From Botryllus schlosseri (lineage: Eukaryota), in the NCBI GenBank assembly GCA_051294905.1, contig CM119374.1, positions 22,878,001 through 22,942,000 on the forward strand: DNA of 64,000 nt. Reading direction: 5' to 3'. The notes under the pieces are model-generated. The model was given only the letters and a program-made list of their open reading frames with translations. It had not been told where the DNA came from and ran no database searches. This document shows positions 1 to 13,091 of this stretch, in pieces. The position numbers and the translations under genes were made by a program. How positions within the stretch are numbered: position 1 is the stretch's first letter; each line of letters begins with the position of its first letter.

Positions 1-3000
1 CGAGAATATCGGCATCCAACGTTATTAGATCTTGTCATCACCATTTCTCTGTTTCGATCGTAGCCTGCCGTGGAATGTTGTGATGTATAAAGTTATAGTT
101 TGATAAGTTGCGGATGGTATGATAGATTTAATAATCCTGTATTGTGATTAAGTATCTATTGTAGTGATATGCTATCCTTGGTTAAGAGTAACAGTATGAA
201 AATGGAAATTCAAGGTGTTCCTTGCTAGGTATTGTAAAATATTTCAAGTCATTTATTGGAATGTGTACCAGATGGCTGATAGCGTACATTATTGTTTGAT
301 GAGTTAGGCCCCGTTTGTGAATGTTTTCAACTTTTGCACCTAGACATGCTATCAGCTACCACCGCTTGTTATGGGCTAGATTGCGAGGTAGCAAAAGTTT
401 GTGCATGTGAACTGGACTGGATTTAAACTTACTCTTGTAGCAACCCGTCATAAAAAAGGCCTTTTTGACTATCTCTTACTGCTTGCTTGTAAAAAAATTG
501 TATTGAAATGTGTGCTTAACATTGTCTATTGTATCGATTTCTTCATTGGTGTACAAACTGCCATTACCTTGGCGCGATAAATGTATTTGACAGTCAGTGG
601 TATTTTTTTGTTTAGCCCGTACCTGACCTGTTAGGCCGTCTTTTAGCAAGTCTTGATATTCTGAAGATGTCAGCCTTTTGCTGAACACTACTGCAATGGA
701 AAGCGAAATAAAGGTATGCTTTTTTGCTGCTTGGTATGGACAATCTTGGGCATGCTACACAAATCAATAATGCAGAGTATTTCAAGTGTATTGATATCAA
801 AAAGCTGCCTATATAGGACATACAGGTCAAATGTATACTGTACCATTCATTAACGTAAATATGGAACTAGTCAATTAATAAGGATTGCATTATCTGTATC
901 GTGTTTTTGGTGTCACAATGGTTTTTAAATAACATCAGCAATTTTTTGCCTGTAGTAGATAATCCTCTGCGTCGTTGTCTACCACGATTTGTGATGTAAT
1001 GCAGACTAGGATAAACAGGACAGTTACAATAAACATTTAGACCTAACTTCATAATGTTTTTCAAAGAGTGAATGCAATATATCAATCATGTAGCTGTCAA
1101 TGAATTCAAAATTATAAATCAGTCATGTGAACTCAAATCACTGGCCTACTTTATCTTTCACAAACGTTTCAATGTAAAGAAACATTTGATTAAGATATGT
1201 TGCATAATACCCAAATATAGGCTGCTATACAGCAACTCAATTGCAAGTTTGTGTACAGTATTTTAGAATTATCTGCATACCTGTAGGGTAGCCATAGTAT
1301 TCTCTATGTGTTGAGTTATTTGCACCTAGTTATGATTAGTAAAATTCCATATAAAATTAAGAATCGCTTTATATTGGCGTCAGTAATGCCATAATGTGGA
1401 CTGTGCTATATCTTGATACCATCACATGCTGATGGTATGATGCCAATCGCAAATCATTGCAGCATGATTTATAGGTATGACTAAGCCATTGGAAAATGGC
1501 CATTGTGTGCTCACGGTGTAGTAGCATCATGTTGCAATATGGTATTTGGACGGACACTCTTACTTTCATACTTGATGGTTGGAATTTGAAATGACAGCGT
1601 TGAGACGAGTTGTCAAATACCAACATTATATATCAGCTGGGAACAATAAGCTTGGAACAAAGTGCACTTGAGTACCCGGCCGTGCTATACACTCAACCAT
1701 AATTAGCATTCAATCTCCAGTGTATTTCCAACTGTATAATAATGTCTCCTTTATTAAGATCGGCTACTGGGCCCACTAAAATAGTTTGATTTCCCTCATA
1801 TTACACATACATTTTCATGGCTCCTTGGGGCAGATGGGTGTTATACATGTCAGCAGCAAATTTCAATACTCCATTCGTTTATTTTATTTTGCTCTGTTCA
1901 TCACAGATATTAGAATGCATTGGCTACCATACCACAGTTTATGTAGCCTACCGCAAATATCACTATTTGATATCTTTTTGGTTCAAGTAATTTTGATGAC
2001 TTGAATGCTGAAACCAATTGTGGTCCTATGTGTGGGGTTGCTGATGCATCTTGTAATGGATATCAGCATACCATCCAATTGTTCATAGTTGTTTGTGTAG
2101 GCTATTGCATGAGTTGAATTGGAACTTTTCAGCATAACCTGAGATGCCACCTGACCTTCGTGATGTCTTTGTGATTGTCTAGGCCGCTAGGGATATATTG
2201 ATTTTGATTTGTGGATGAGTTAATCAATTGTGACTTTGAAAACTAGCCATCAAATTCCCATGCATTTTCCGAATGCTTTATCCGTGCTGGTGCCATGCCA
2301 CGAGCTATTCCAATCAGGCTGTTTGTGCTGTGTAGAATTTCAGTTTAGTTTTAGTGGGATGACACCAGGTGCAGTTAATATCTAGCTGCCTTGATGTGTC
2401 CATGATAGAGGTGGAATATTTTGTCTGTGACGACACTTGTCTGATTATAAAATGACTTGTAGGTAGCATGCGAACTATCAGATTCAAATGTGTTTTTAAG
2501 CACATTATCGGAAGCAACTATTACAAGGTTTTATCAGACCTGGTCAATTGGAGACACTGGAAGAGTGGAAATATCTATAGGCCTACCTTTCGGTGGTTGA
2601 GCAATTGAGCATATTTAGTTGGGATTAGTGTACTTACTGACTAATAGGACTCAATAGGTTGTTAATTATGGTTACATTTATGGGGTGGGGTGGGTTACGC
2701 ACTTCAAAGTTGAACCAGAATAGAAGTGATATCCTGTAGATAAAAGAAACTTAATCAGGCCTGCATGATAGGATATCTTGCCCTTATCTGCTGCGCGTCT
2801 AAGTATGTGGTGTGTGGTGGTGGTGACTGGAAATACAAGCAATTTCTACCGAATCAATACTAGTCAGACCTCAAGATTACTGGACAGCAATCTGACATAT
2901 CGACCTCGCCTACCGACACATGCAGCATTCACTTTTGTCGCTTCCTTTTATGTTATCCTTTCTTAAATTCAGTGCGCATGCCTCTTATTTACATGCTGTA

Positions 3001-5828
3001 GGCCAAGGTGGGTGTCTGATTAAAATACTACGCCAAGTCGTTTGGGTACCCTCCTATCTTTTCGTTATGTCACAATCTTGTTGTGTATTGATTTGATGAA
3101 CATTTTTAGTAAAATGATGATGATGATGGCTTTTGTAATTTCAGTTCAACTAGATATCAAGTTCCTATTTTGATGCATCTTCAAGACACTGACATTCAGC
3201 AAGCCTGCCGGTTTATTCCGTCGAACTGTTCCAAACCAGCCCCAAGAAATCTCAACGATGGACTGGCTTATGGGGTATGTTTTTGCCTTATTGGCTATTT
3301 TTTCATCCATTCGGTGGATATTCAGCTCATAATAAAGCAACAAGAGATGTATAACAAAATTGCTTTACAAGTTTCTTCAAATTAAATTATGGATTCAACT
3401 TCTTCACAAGACGAACACGAAGTCACCAAATGTTATCTCTGACTCTTATGATGTCAAATATTATCCCATCCTCTCTTGATTAATGATTTAGTTGCTATTT
3501 CCCGTGCACAAACAAATTCTACCAATATTTACCTGGCTACGTTGAGTCTTCGATGCTAATATATCCCGTTCGTGATGGCGCATCATATTCATAGTAACTG
3601 GTTCTGTTGAATGACTTGGGAAATTATTTTCATAATAATAGCTTCCTGCGAGTATGTGCATTTGTGCAAAGCTCATTGAGTACAACTGCTTTGCTAGCCA
3701 CACTGAATTGGTTAGCAACCAAGTACTAGCTTATGTGATGGCTTAAGTATGGTGTGTGAACTTGCTCTTGTCGGTTTTAATTTTTGAGTATCCTTACTCC
3801 TGCATCAACAGTTTTTATAAGCAAATCTCCTGGTTTATGTTTGTTGGGATATGTCAGTTATAATGTATTTTATTCATGACTACTGGCTTTGCATTGCTTA
3901 ATGTGTTCAATCATCTGCAGAATTGAACATAACAGCTGCTTTATCACATTCGCCTTATAAGACCTTTGAGATTGCTATATGGTTAGTTGGACTGTTGCTG
4001 ATTTTGTAAATCGGTTGTTGGTGCCACCGCGAGATCATACCTAAACTTAGTCGTTCTAAACTGTTCGAGCACATCTTCTTATGAGGACCGTTTGTGTCGT
4101 TCTGTGTAGCCTTCGAACAACACCAAAAACTTTTTTGGCTGGCTCTTCTAGCAAACATTATTTTGGGCGGTAATGCTCATGTTACAGTAACACCAGTATT
4201 GGCAAACACACCATGAGACGCGACAATGCTGTTCAAACACAGTTTTCGTGATGTGAAAGTTCATATGGTGAATTACATTGAAGCTATATCTTTAGGAGTT
4301 GTTCACTAAGGAACCTCCATGCTGATGATTTGGCCAGGGAACAACAATTTTAAATCCCGTACTCAAATCTGAGTGGAGTATCAATGTGACGATATGAGTC
4401 GAATAGTGAGAGCCAATATTTCCTAGTGACGAAATTATTCAGCCACTAAGAGTTATTCAACGAATTCAACTAATCACACTACGAGTTATCTACGGATATT
4501 CACGGAACTGAACGGAAATATCCCATGGAATTGTCCCGACGGGTAGCGAAAAAGATCAAGTTATTTTTTATATCTGAATGCCTACTACTGGCATTCTTTT
4601 CTTTGTGGCCACAAAGAGTTACTTTTTTAGGCTTACTAATCTGTAGTGCTGTCATAATAGTTGGTAGCTTACTTGAATACGCAACTCAGGATCAAATCGC
4701 TCAGGTAGTCTACTCAAATTTTCTCAGCCCTGCTGATACTATGATATATGCCCAGTAGCAGATTACCGTACCTTATGGACATTGACACAATTTGCGAATA
4801 CCTGTGAAGCTGACGTGGGGTGTAAGCTCTCAAGTACAATAATAAACCTTCCAAAAAAGGCATACTGGTGATACATCTTCGTTGACTTTGTGATGGTTGG
4901 CAGAGTCAGTGTAGCTGCCTTTCTGGATAAAAGCTTATAGACATACAAATAAGACGAGGGTGAACCACAACTAATGCAAAATTTATGAGGTTAATGTTTG
5001 ATACTTTACTTAATTTTAACCTAATTTTATACGCATACAGTGTACAGTGTATTTTATGTTTGGATGATCTGTGAGGAGTAAGGTAATATTTAACTAGAGT
5101 TCTGTGAAAAAGGCCAAAGTGTCTTGGATAATCAATCTGCAATGGTGGAATATAGAATGTTGGACTTTTTCATGAAGTTCAAATAGCCTATTCATTTAAA
5201 ATTCAAAAAGGGATTCTTCAGCATTATTTTAGCGCTGACCCCAAATTTATTTTGGGTGGTAGCGTGTATCCTATAGCCGCGGAATTGAGGTGCCTTATGG
5301 CTGGAAGAATGAAAAAAAAGGTCACGGCCTGTTAATCAGCTGGAGGGCAATTACAAGTGTTTGTGTGGCTATTGTTGTGACCTGAGTTTAGCACTGAAAA
5401 TCAGACAAAATAAACACATATGTTAAAAGCATGGACAGATATTATAAGGACAATGTAGTTTTATAGTTGTAGTTACAAGACTGACCTCTCGTGGTCCCCT
5501 GGAACTAGTCCACGGAACCCAAGATGTCCAAATTGCCTACGGACCCCAGATCTAATCTGTTCCTCTTGAACTCATGGGTGGCTAAGGCACGAAATCTCCG
5601 TCTTAGCGGGTCACCCAGTCAGTACCGTTTATGGATTATTCAACATTATATTCATATAGTATTGGTGTCATTTGTAGTTGACCGTTGATGAATCAGTTCA
5701 GTATCAGTTTATTAATATTTTCATCATCTCATAACACCACAAAACTGCGACACAATGAAAAGATAGGAAGGTGTCAAATAAGATCTCTCTCTGTAGGTTT
5801 TAGTCGATGGTAGTGCTCCTGGGCCCCA
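1..5828 (-). mobile_element. Degenerate Ty3/Gypsy-type LTR retrotransposon internal region (protease-RT-RNaseH remnants)
   Basis: Minus-strand fragments occur in Gypsy order. IMDTSR at ~2390-2405 resembles the aspartic protease DTG site; NDLRLASYHQ at ~1430-1460 resembles RT DLxxGYHQ; KLGLNVYCNC..LHYI at ~1000-1050 resembles GLKLNxxKC..YLG; FSKRLTSSE at ~660-690 resembles RNase H YxSRxLxxAE; LLQE at ~435-450 and AVVADSMSR at ~340-366 resemble LQEY and NVVADALSR. Many stops and frameshifts. The right boundary is uncertain. Confidence 0.7.
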
Positions 5829-6260
5829 TGTTATGTCACCTTTGGCGTACATACCACGAATACGATGGCTTGAGCAGTATTTTAAGTATAAGGACCTTCA
5901 ATGGACAACTGTAAGACACCAGAGGATGCCTTCCCGAGCAGTTCGGAAAAACAATGATACCGATTCGCCCGCTGGCGCTCGCGAGCTTATAAATTATGAC
6001 GCGATATGAGCGACAATCGGCAGGTGGCGCTATAGCCACACCATATGTCTCGAGTTTGAAATCGTGAAACGGCAACGTCGAGATTTTAGTGTCGTTTTCC
6101 ACAGAGTCGAAAGTAAATTCTCACAATAATCCTTACATGTTGCCTTACATCTGGGTTTATTAGCAATTTTTGTCAGTTCAATACACCACAAAAAATGGCG
6201 ATACAATGAAAAGATAGGAAGGTGTCGAAACGCCTTTGAGTAGTCTTTGGAATCAGACAC
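5829..6260 (-). repeat. Possible 5' LTR of the Gypsy remnant
   Basis: On the minus strand ...ATAACA is followed directly by TGGGGCCC (LTR-end CA plus a PBS-like TGG at 5828), and there is a minus-strand AATAAA near 6155-6160. No second LTR is in the window and I cannot assign the primer tRNA. Confidence 0.3.
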
Positions 6261-8506
6261 CTACCTTGGCCTTGGCCTTATATTGACAACGCAAGACCAA
6301 TTCGCTGCGATAATTCACGCGTAGCCGAGAATCGGGTACCCCACCTCCAAAAGATGGCAAAACTCGAGCTTAGTTTAAATCCTGGTATAAGTTTAGCAAC
6401 GTTGGTGACTTCGTGTTGTGACTTCGACTTATGGCCATTTCATCTCGTTACTCGGCTAGATATAACGCTGTTCAACGCGTCAGGCTTACGCGCGGTTGGA
6501 CACGAATGTTTCAATGACGTTCAACACTCATTAGCAAAATTGCGACACTTCCCTACAGAACCAATATAAAGCCACCGGTAATATATTACGCTATTTATAA
6601 CCGACACGCGTCCGCCGGTGTATTCATGCTAACAGCGGAGGTTAACATCTATACCCGGGCTATTTCGAGAAGCCGCTCTCAGCTGTTTGGGTTTTGAGTC
6701 ATTCGAAAACAATTCCTCGTCTTTACACGGCTATTTTCGGCGTCCCTTACCCTTTGACATGGCATGTTACCGAAATCCACAGTGTACGTTATACACGCGT
6801 AACGTGTTCGACCCCTGAATGTCGACGCTGTTTACCGCGATCGCTGGATTTGACAGTATCGCGTGTTTGTTTTGGTGCGGGATCTCGCGATATTTGTTGA
6901 AACGAGCCGCCCGATGATGTTTCAGATGTTTCAAAACATGGAGATTTTTTGCGGTCGATTTACGTTTGATTTGGCGTTCCGTATAGCTGCGCGCTGTCAA
7001 GATATCGATACCCTGCCGTTCATGCCTGTGATGATGTTAATATTTGACCGACAATGGAACATAAATCGACAGCTGCGCGCCAGTAAACCGTGACAGGAAC
7101 AGGAATTTCCGACATTTTTATGACGTCACAGTAACACTTGATTCGGGTCGTTCGTAGATGCTTCATCGCGTTTGGCGACAGGTTTAGGGGTTTGAGAAAG
7201 AATGTTTTTGTTGCATGAGTGATTTCCACGCAGTCTATATATTTAATTTTCCCCGACTCGGAGTTATTTTTCCAAATTGAGCTGTGTGCAGTGATATCTC
7301 CGAAAAAGTATCCCGGATTTCGATATTTTTCGGTCGAATGTTCGACCGCATCTGGCCCTATAATATGTGTAGGTGTCGCCTCGTGGCTGAAATCGCCTTT
7401 CTATGGAGTGTCAGCATTTGAAAAATCAGTGTGGAGTGGATACAATAGAATAGAGAAGAGTTGCAAGAGCTGGCCGAGAAAAATAAGACAATGAGGTGAA
7501 CAACCTCGTTCCGAGGTCGCCTTGAGATGCGGAATTTAGAATCGAGACATGTTTAGCGTCAATCGTGCGCTGGTTTGTTGGATTTTGCGTCGTTAGCATA
7601 CTAGTCGACTTCTAGATACTTCGTACAGCTGGTTGTGATACGGCATATTAGGAAAAGAATGGCTACTAAACAACACTTTATATCTGTGAGTAAACCTTTT
7701 CTGTACCGACCTGGTTTTTTAATGGATTACTGTCTTGTCGAACACTTATTGTCTGGCGCAAGCCGACGGAATAGCGCGTGGTTAAATATTCTATATTATC
7801 TATATTATTTTTCAATGTGAAGGATTGTGTTCTACGCCAATCCTCGTAAATTTATCCCTAAAATGGGAGCTTAGTAATAAAATACAAAAGAATACTTCAT
7901 GCAACACCGCGCGAAATATCGCAAACATCATGCGATCCAGGGCTCAAGACGTAATGAAAGTTTTTACCTTGATTTGGTTCATTATTGCTGGGGAGTTGAT
8001 TATTGAACTAACATGGTGATATGGTACCTCTGCCCCTAACTGTGACCGGAGTCGCCCTTCCTTGCGTCGTACGCAAATATTACACGTACACCGTCTATTT
8101 GTGATATTGACATAGATATCTTCAACAGTGATGCCCAGTTTTAGGCCGTAGCGAACGTCAAATATTGATATACTTGAAATCCGTTTAGGTCGAGTAGCTG
8201 TCATTAGTCTTATGTAGCCGTTACTCGCGTGCCCTTTTATTTGAACGACGTAGTTTGCTACTGTCCACCAAAGACTTCGTCCCGAAAAAAATTGTTGTAA
8301 ATTCACAAGGCATTCGTGACGTATATATGTGACATCACCCTGTGTATTGTTTACTAGATTTTCAAAATACACAATTGGAGCTAGAACTTGAACTACCCAG
8401 TTTTCAAAACTCCCACTAGAACTAGAACTACTCACATTTCAAAACCCGCAATTAGAGCTAGAATGACGACCTTTATTCGCAACTAATCACAACTAATTAG
8501 TTGATA

Positions 8507-8542
8507 CGGGGCCTACGATAACTTGAGTTAACGTAGGCCCCG
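8507..8542. mobile_element. Ultra-short hairpin element (family D), 36 bp
   Basis: CGGGGCCTACGATAAC-ttga-GTTAACGTAGGCCCCG; arms match 15/16; flanked by the direct repeat GTTGATA (8500-8506 and 8543-8549). Confidence 0.65.
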
Positions 8543-9037
8543 GTTGATACCCTTCCGAAGCAGCTCATTATTATTCAATTTATCGAAGTTTGTTTGCCAC
8601 ATAAACATTAAAACAAGTTTGAAATGGCAGGGTTTAAACCCCCAAAATCCTCCCACTTGCTACGCCACGCACTTAGTGGTGATGATTCTGAGCTAGTAAT
8701 GACTGCAAGAACATCTCACAACAGAGCACCGGTATCACGATTCAGTCAACGTGCATCAACTGGCTAGATTGTAAGTTTGTATACGTCAGTTACCGGTGTG
8801 TTTTGCACCGTACACAATTCGCTATCTTCAACAAACTTGCACACCAAAATTTTAATATGAAGAGTACACAGTGCCGCGACCTTTGGCACTCTTTCGTCCG
8901 GGTACTGACTTTTTGATCGTGGGTCGACTGTGTTTAAGTGATTGCTTCAGATCTAAGAAATGAACCCCGCAGAAATGCGTGGATTCCTGAGAAAAGTCGA
9001 GTCGTCGGTAAAGACTTCTTCATAAATCTTGTAACGG

Positions 9038-9383
9038 CCGGGTTACCATATTTTGGAATCGGGAAAGGAGGGCACTTTTTCAAAATTTTCAGACTTAGAA
9101 TTGTGGAGTAGAATTCGGAAAAAATGGTAAATAAAAGATCAACTTTCCGGCTCAACTGCCGAAATGTGGATTTTTCTTTCACATTCTCCGTGGGTTGACT
9201 AAAAAAAAATGGTCAACTTTCCGGCTCAGCTCCCGAAACAGCCGCCGGAGCGTTACTTCAGTGCGGATTCACTGCAGTATCTCAGTCGAATTTTGCCCTA
9301 TATTTAACCAAAACTCTCGACATTTAGGCGTCCTCGGAGGACATTTTCAGAAACCTGAAATAGGAGGACGTATGGTAACCCTA
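9038..9383. mobile_element. hAT-type MITE with GGGTTACCATA termini
   Basis: Inverted ends GGGTTACCATA / TATGGTAACCC; flanks share TAACGG (tgtaacgg vs tataacgg), consistent with a decayed 8-bp TSD. Confidence 0.6.
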
Positions 9384-9984
9384 TAACGGGAAATTCCGTA
9401 ATATGTGGGCGCTGAAGCAAGGTTTGTCTTCGGTGTGGCTGGTTAATATTTAGCGCGAACGTAGCAAGGACTATATCGACTTTCTGTAATTCATTTCATA
9501 GTCGAACGCGAATGCGATCGTAAAACCTTGCTGGCGACTTCAATCTGATTTATCGCTTATCGGTATTATGTAACTACGGATCGCGGCACAGCAGCCGTTG
9601 GTAGCTGGTCGTTTGGTTTATCGTAGACTCCAGGCCGATGCCGGTTAATACAGATAATGAGATTATGCTGGACTGCTGGCGAAACTAGGCCTTTTTTGTG
9701 AGCTGTCTGTCAATATAGGTTGCGCTACCCCAGCAGTGCCGGTTAGCCTTTTGCAGATTGTAGGTACTGTGTTACGTACCTGTACCAACGATAGAGTGTT
9801 TGGTTTGGTTGGTTACGGCACGAGATAAATGTTCACTTTATTGTTATGTTACAATCGGTTTTATGGGAATGATGACGTGTATAATTACTTTGCGTCTTTC
9901 GCAGGGTGGTACAGGCGGAGCATTACTGTTATGATATGATAGCAAATCGACATCCAATCCAATGATCAATTCGTGGATACGCGC

Positions 9985-10060
9985 ATGCAACACTTGTGCA
10001 TGTGGGTTTAAATTCGGTGTAGGGTTGGGTTAGCGCTGTGGTTAGGGTAAGGGTTAATTT
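9985..10060 (-). repeat. Family G dispersed repeat with TTAGGG-like motifs
   Basis: Its reverse complement aligns with 25590-25670 (ccttaccctaacca..aacccacatgc). Confidence 0.55.
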
Positions 10061-10064
10061 ATGG

Positions 10065-10392
10065 TCAGTCCTGATACTTGGAAAAGAGGGCCAGAAACTG
10101 TTAGGACTAAGGAAAATTACGATATTATGAATGTGAGCCGTTCTATATCTCGCGATTAGAGTTGAGAAATGTGGGTTGAACCGGATAGAACTAAAACTGA
10201 ATAGTGAATGCAATGACTTGGACTCAGGTCACAACTCACAACACTATGACTCGGACTCGACCCTCTACTCACTGACTTGGACTCAGACTTGACTCGGTGT
10301 TGAATTGAAAATGTCTCGACTTGACTCGATTCAAAACTATAAAAATGAGATTGACTTGTGACTCGGAACCTTGTGACTTGGTTACAACCCTG
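10065..10392 (-). mobile_element. Family A hAT MITE (GACTCGAGTC-rich), truncated copy
   Basis: Ends in TTACAACCCTG; reverse complement aligns with 22744-23050 and with the 38079 copy. Confidence 0.7.
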
Positions 10393-11299
10393 GCACCTAC
10401 GCTCTATTATCCGGGTGTATCAAGCATTGGCGTCTGCGTGGAATCCGTTTATAAAACGAAACGGTCTCGATTTAGTATTATCGCAGCCCGCGTCGCAATT
10501 CTATTCACTTTATCACGTTGGTCCAATAGCGATTTATTTGTGTTTGCAATTTGCCGGCATCCCAGCGATTACTAATTTGGTTTTTATCGACTCGCCCATC
10601 TGCCGTGAACATACGGAATTCCAACCATCCCACCCCGTGGCTTTCGGCAACACCCGCGGTCTCATCACTTTCCATTTCGGAACGACATTGACACATCTTA
10701 CTTAGTCACGGCCGAGCGCGATCGCGCAATCTTGCGTTTTGCGCGTGCAAGAAAATCCGCGAAAACGATACCAGCGCCTGTTTAGGACGTGAACGTGAAT
10801 GCTAACAGGCGTAGGCGTGTTTTTGTTTGGGGAGTGGCGTGCGTTATGTCGCGCTTTTCATTAGTGCGGCCCCTTTTGTTTCGTTTTGTGGGTGTATCAG
10901 AAGCGGGAAGTTTCAACACGGCGTAATGAAGAGATTCGTCATTGGTAGAAGAACATGAATGTGCGTATTTTTCCGCTAAGTGCTTGCGTGAGATCGTAGG
11001 ACTGTTGATGTCGGTTAGTGGACTAACAAATCTGAAAAAATCCTGACACTTATGTTGGGACAGTCGGGAACACCCTTGGCGGGTACCGTCGTAGGTTATT
11101 GATTTGGAGATGCTGAGACATTGTCTTTGATACTTGCAAATTGCGCAATCTACAGAGACCAGAGTACAGGCGACTTCCTATTAGCAGGATCTGCGTTCCC
11201 TTTACCCGCTGTTACTTGGAACGTACAAGTCAATCCGATCAAAAGCTTGGCACGGCAGGGAGCCTTTGGCGGTCGAGTCATTGTCCAATGACCATTCTT

Positions 11300-12426
11300 C
11301 CTAATTAACGAATTATCATCTTATGCTTTTTCATAAAATGGTATGATGAACTTACTTACGGTACGCTACACTCGCTCTGGGCTGGAACCTAGCGCGCTCC
11401 TCTCAGCTGTAGACAGGTACTTATAAAAGAACTCGTAGCAAAGGCCAGGGAGACGTAGAACTCCTGAAGATGTCGCTGAGCAAAGGCGCAGTCAACCTAA
11501 CCTCTCTGTAGAAAAGTCGGACTGCTAGAAAATTTTAAGCTTTTTCAAACCAGATAAGAATTACCGAATTCGCAAACACTTGAAAATTGAATTAATTGAA
11601 TAGTATCATGAGCAACTAGCAGAGAATTGGAAAGAACATTGTATATCAACAATCGTATCACAAAATATGACGTCACCAGCATGGAATTTAGAATATGAGA
11701 GCGTTCAATGTACTATTTTTAGATGGTACACGAACTCCTTTTGTTGACACAGCCTCGGCTGGTGTATTTTGATAAAAGTTGAATTAAAAATGCAACAAAA
11801 ATCAAAATCATACGAAATCAAAGTTCTCATAGGCACGAGAATGGCGAATGTCTGTACACCGAGCTTGACTCGTTTCGCACTGAATCATTTTCGTCATTTT
11901 CAGGAAAACCAGAAATCATATTAGAATTATAATTAAAGCATAGAAAAACTTTACAACTTAGGTTATAATTAGATTACCGGCATTTGGCTCTCATTAGTTC
12001 AATTAGACAACCAGAATTATCTAGTGGTCCAAGTCTACTAGGCTGGAACCTAGCGAACTCTGCTTGGCTGCAGACATGTACTTGCTAACAGAACCGTACA
12101 ACATGGGCTCACTCAGCCTACCGGTACTGAGTAGACCAGCAAAACGCTACTACGCTATATTAGTCAGCAGATTAATCAGTAAATCGTGCTGTCGTGAAAA
12201 CGTCTTACCGTTTCGTTAGGACATATCGATTCTCGGACATACTTGAGCAGCTGACCCACGAGACTGATTTATGCGAACTACCACCACCCGAATTGTCGTG
12301 GTAACTAACTGCCAACCACCGGTGATATCTAGCTATTCTTGCCAACCCACGCGCTGCAGACGCTGATTTAATTGGTCGAAACGAGATCGTTACAACGACT
12401 TCTTCATCCGCGAGTAGCGAGGTCAT
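11300..12426 (-). other. Putative small spliced transcription unit (short ORF or lncRNA)
   Basis: Minus-strand GT-AG signals: donor ACG|GTAAGA (intron 12208-12127, 82 nt, acceptor CTACTCAG); exon 11505-11360 bounded by TTTTCTACAG and GTAAGTAAGT; a 59-nt intron 11359-11301. No homology recognised. Confidence 0.35.
11800..12030 (-). repeat. Family F repeat fragment
   Basis: Shares gagaatggc.aatgtctgtac and ttcaggaaaa.cagaaa with ~50500-50560, ttcaggaaaaccagaaa with ~42745-42760, and the CTAGATAATTCT end with ~45700. Confidence 0.5.
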
Positions 12427-13091
12427 GACTCACGACAGCGTCACGAACTTATCTGTATCCTACGTGATATCAATCCTACCGGAACTGTTACAGAGGAGAG
12501 ATTTGAGACTAACATCACAGCGCTGCAGTGTTATCAATACGATATTGTCGATTGCCTGTACGCGTGACCTCTTCAACTTACGCGGCCTTCCAGCGTAGAA
12601 TGTAAATGAATAACACCTCTGTAAACCGTCGTTCTACAGTGGAATTTCGAAGAGACAGGGAGTTGCATTTTGAGCTAAAAAACCCTTACAAATTGGTTCA
12701 GATTCCTCCGTAGAATAGCAGTGATTTATCACTATCACAGCGTCTCAGCTTATTGAAGCGAAGGTACTACATTAATCTCCAACCTGATAAAGTGAATCAG
12801 CAGGCAGAGAGCTGAACTACTCTCTAAATTGTCTAATTTAAGTAGACAACCATAAATTTTGTCTGACTCTAGCGACGAGGAAGGTGAATACGCACTACGC
12901 AGTTGCCATGGTGACGTCACATTGTACCGATGTCGTCCATTTGTAGTGTCGCTAGATATATTCCCCCATAATTTTTCTAGCAAAGCTGACTGCGCACTGT
13001 CCTCATTCCAAACCAGGATCATTATGTAAAATTATCATTTTCGTCGCGCAGTGAATTAGGCTACTCGATATATGCAGCACTCCAGTCGTAG

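Noticed and set aside
7944-8435. 163-aa minus-strand ORF, the longest in the track
   Set aside because: It starts inside a tandemly duplicated agaactagaact repeat, which produces the poly-Ser start; no recognisable domain or splice context.
10020-10060. TTAGGG-like tract as telomere or telomerase RNA (also 25520-25640)
   Set aside because: Short, imperfect and embedded in dispersed family G; not a terminal array.
11343-11480. Possible C/D-box snoRNA on the + strand (ATGATGA ... CTGA)
   Set aside because: No terminal stem and no guide I can match to rRNA or snRNA; the ACTTACTTAC is better explained as a minus-strand splice donor.
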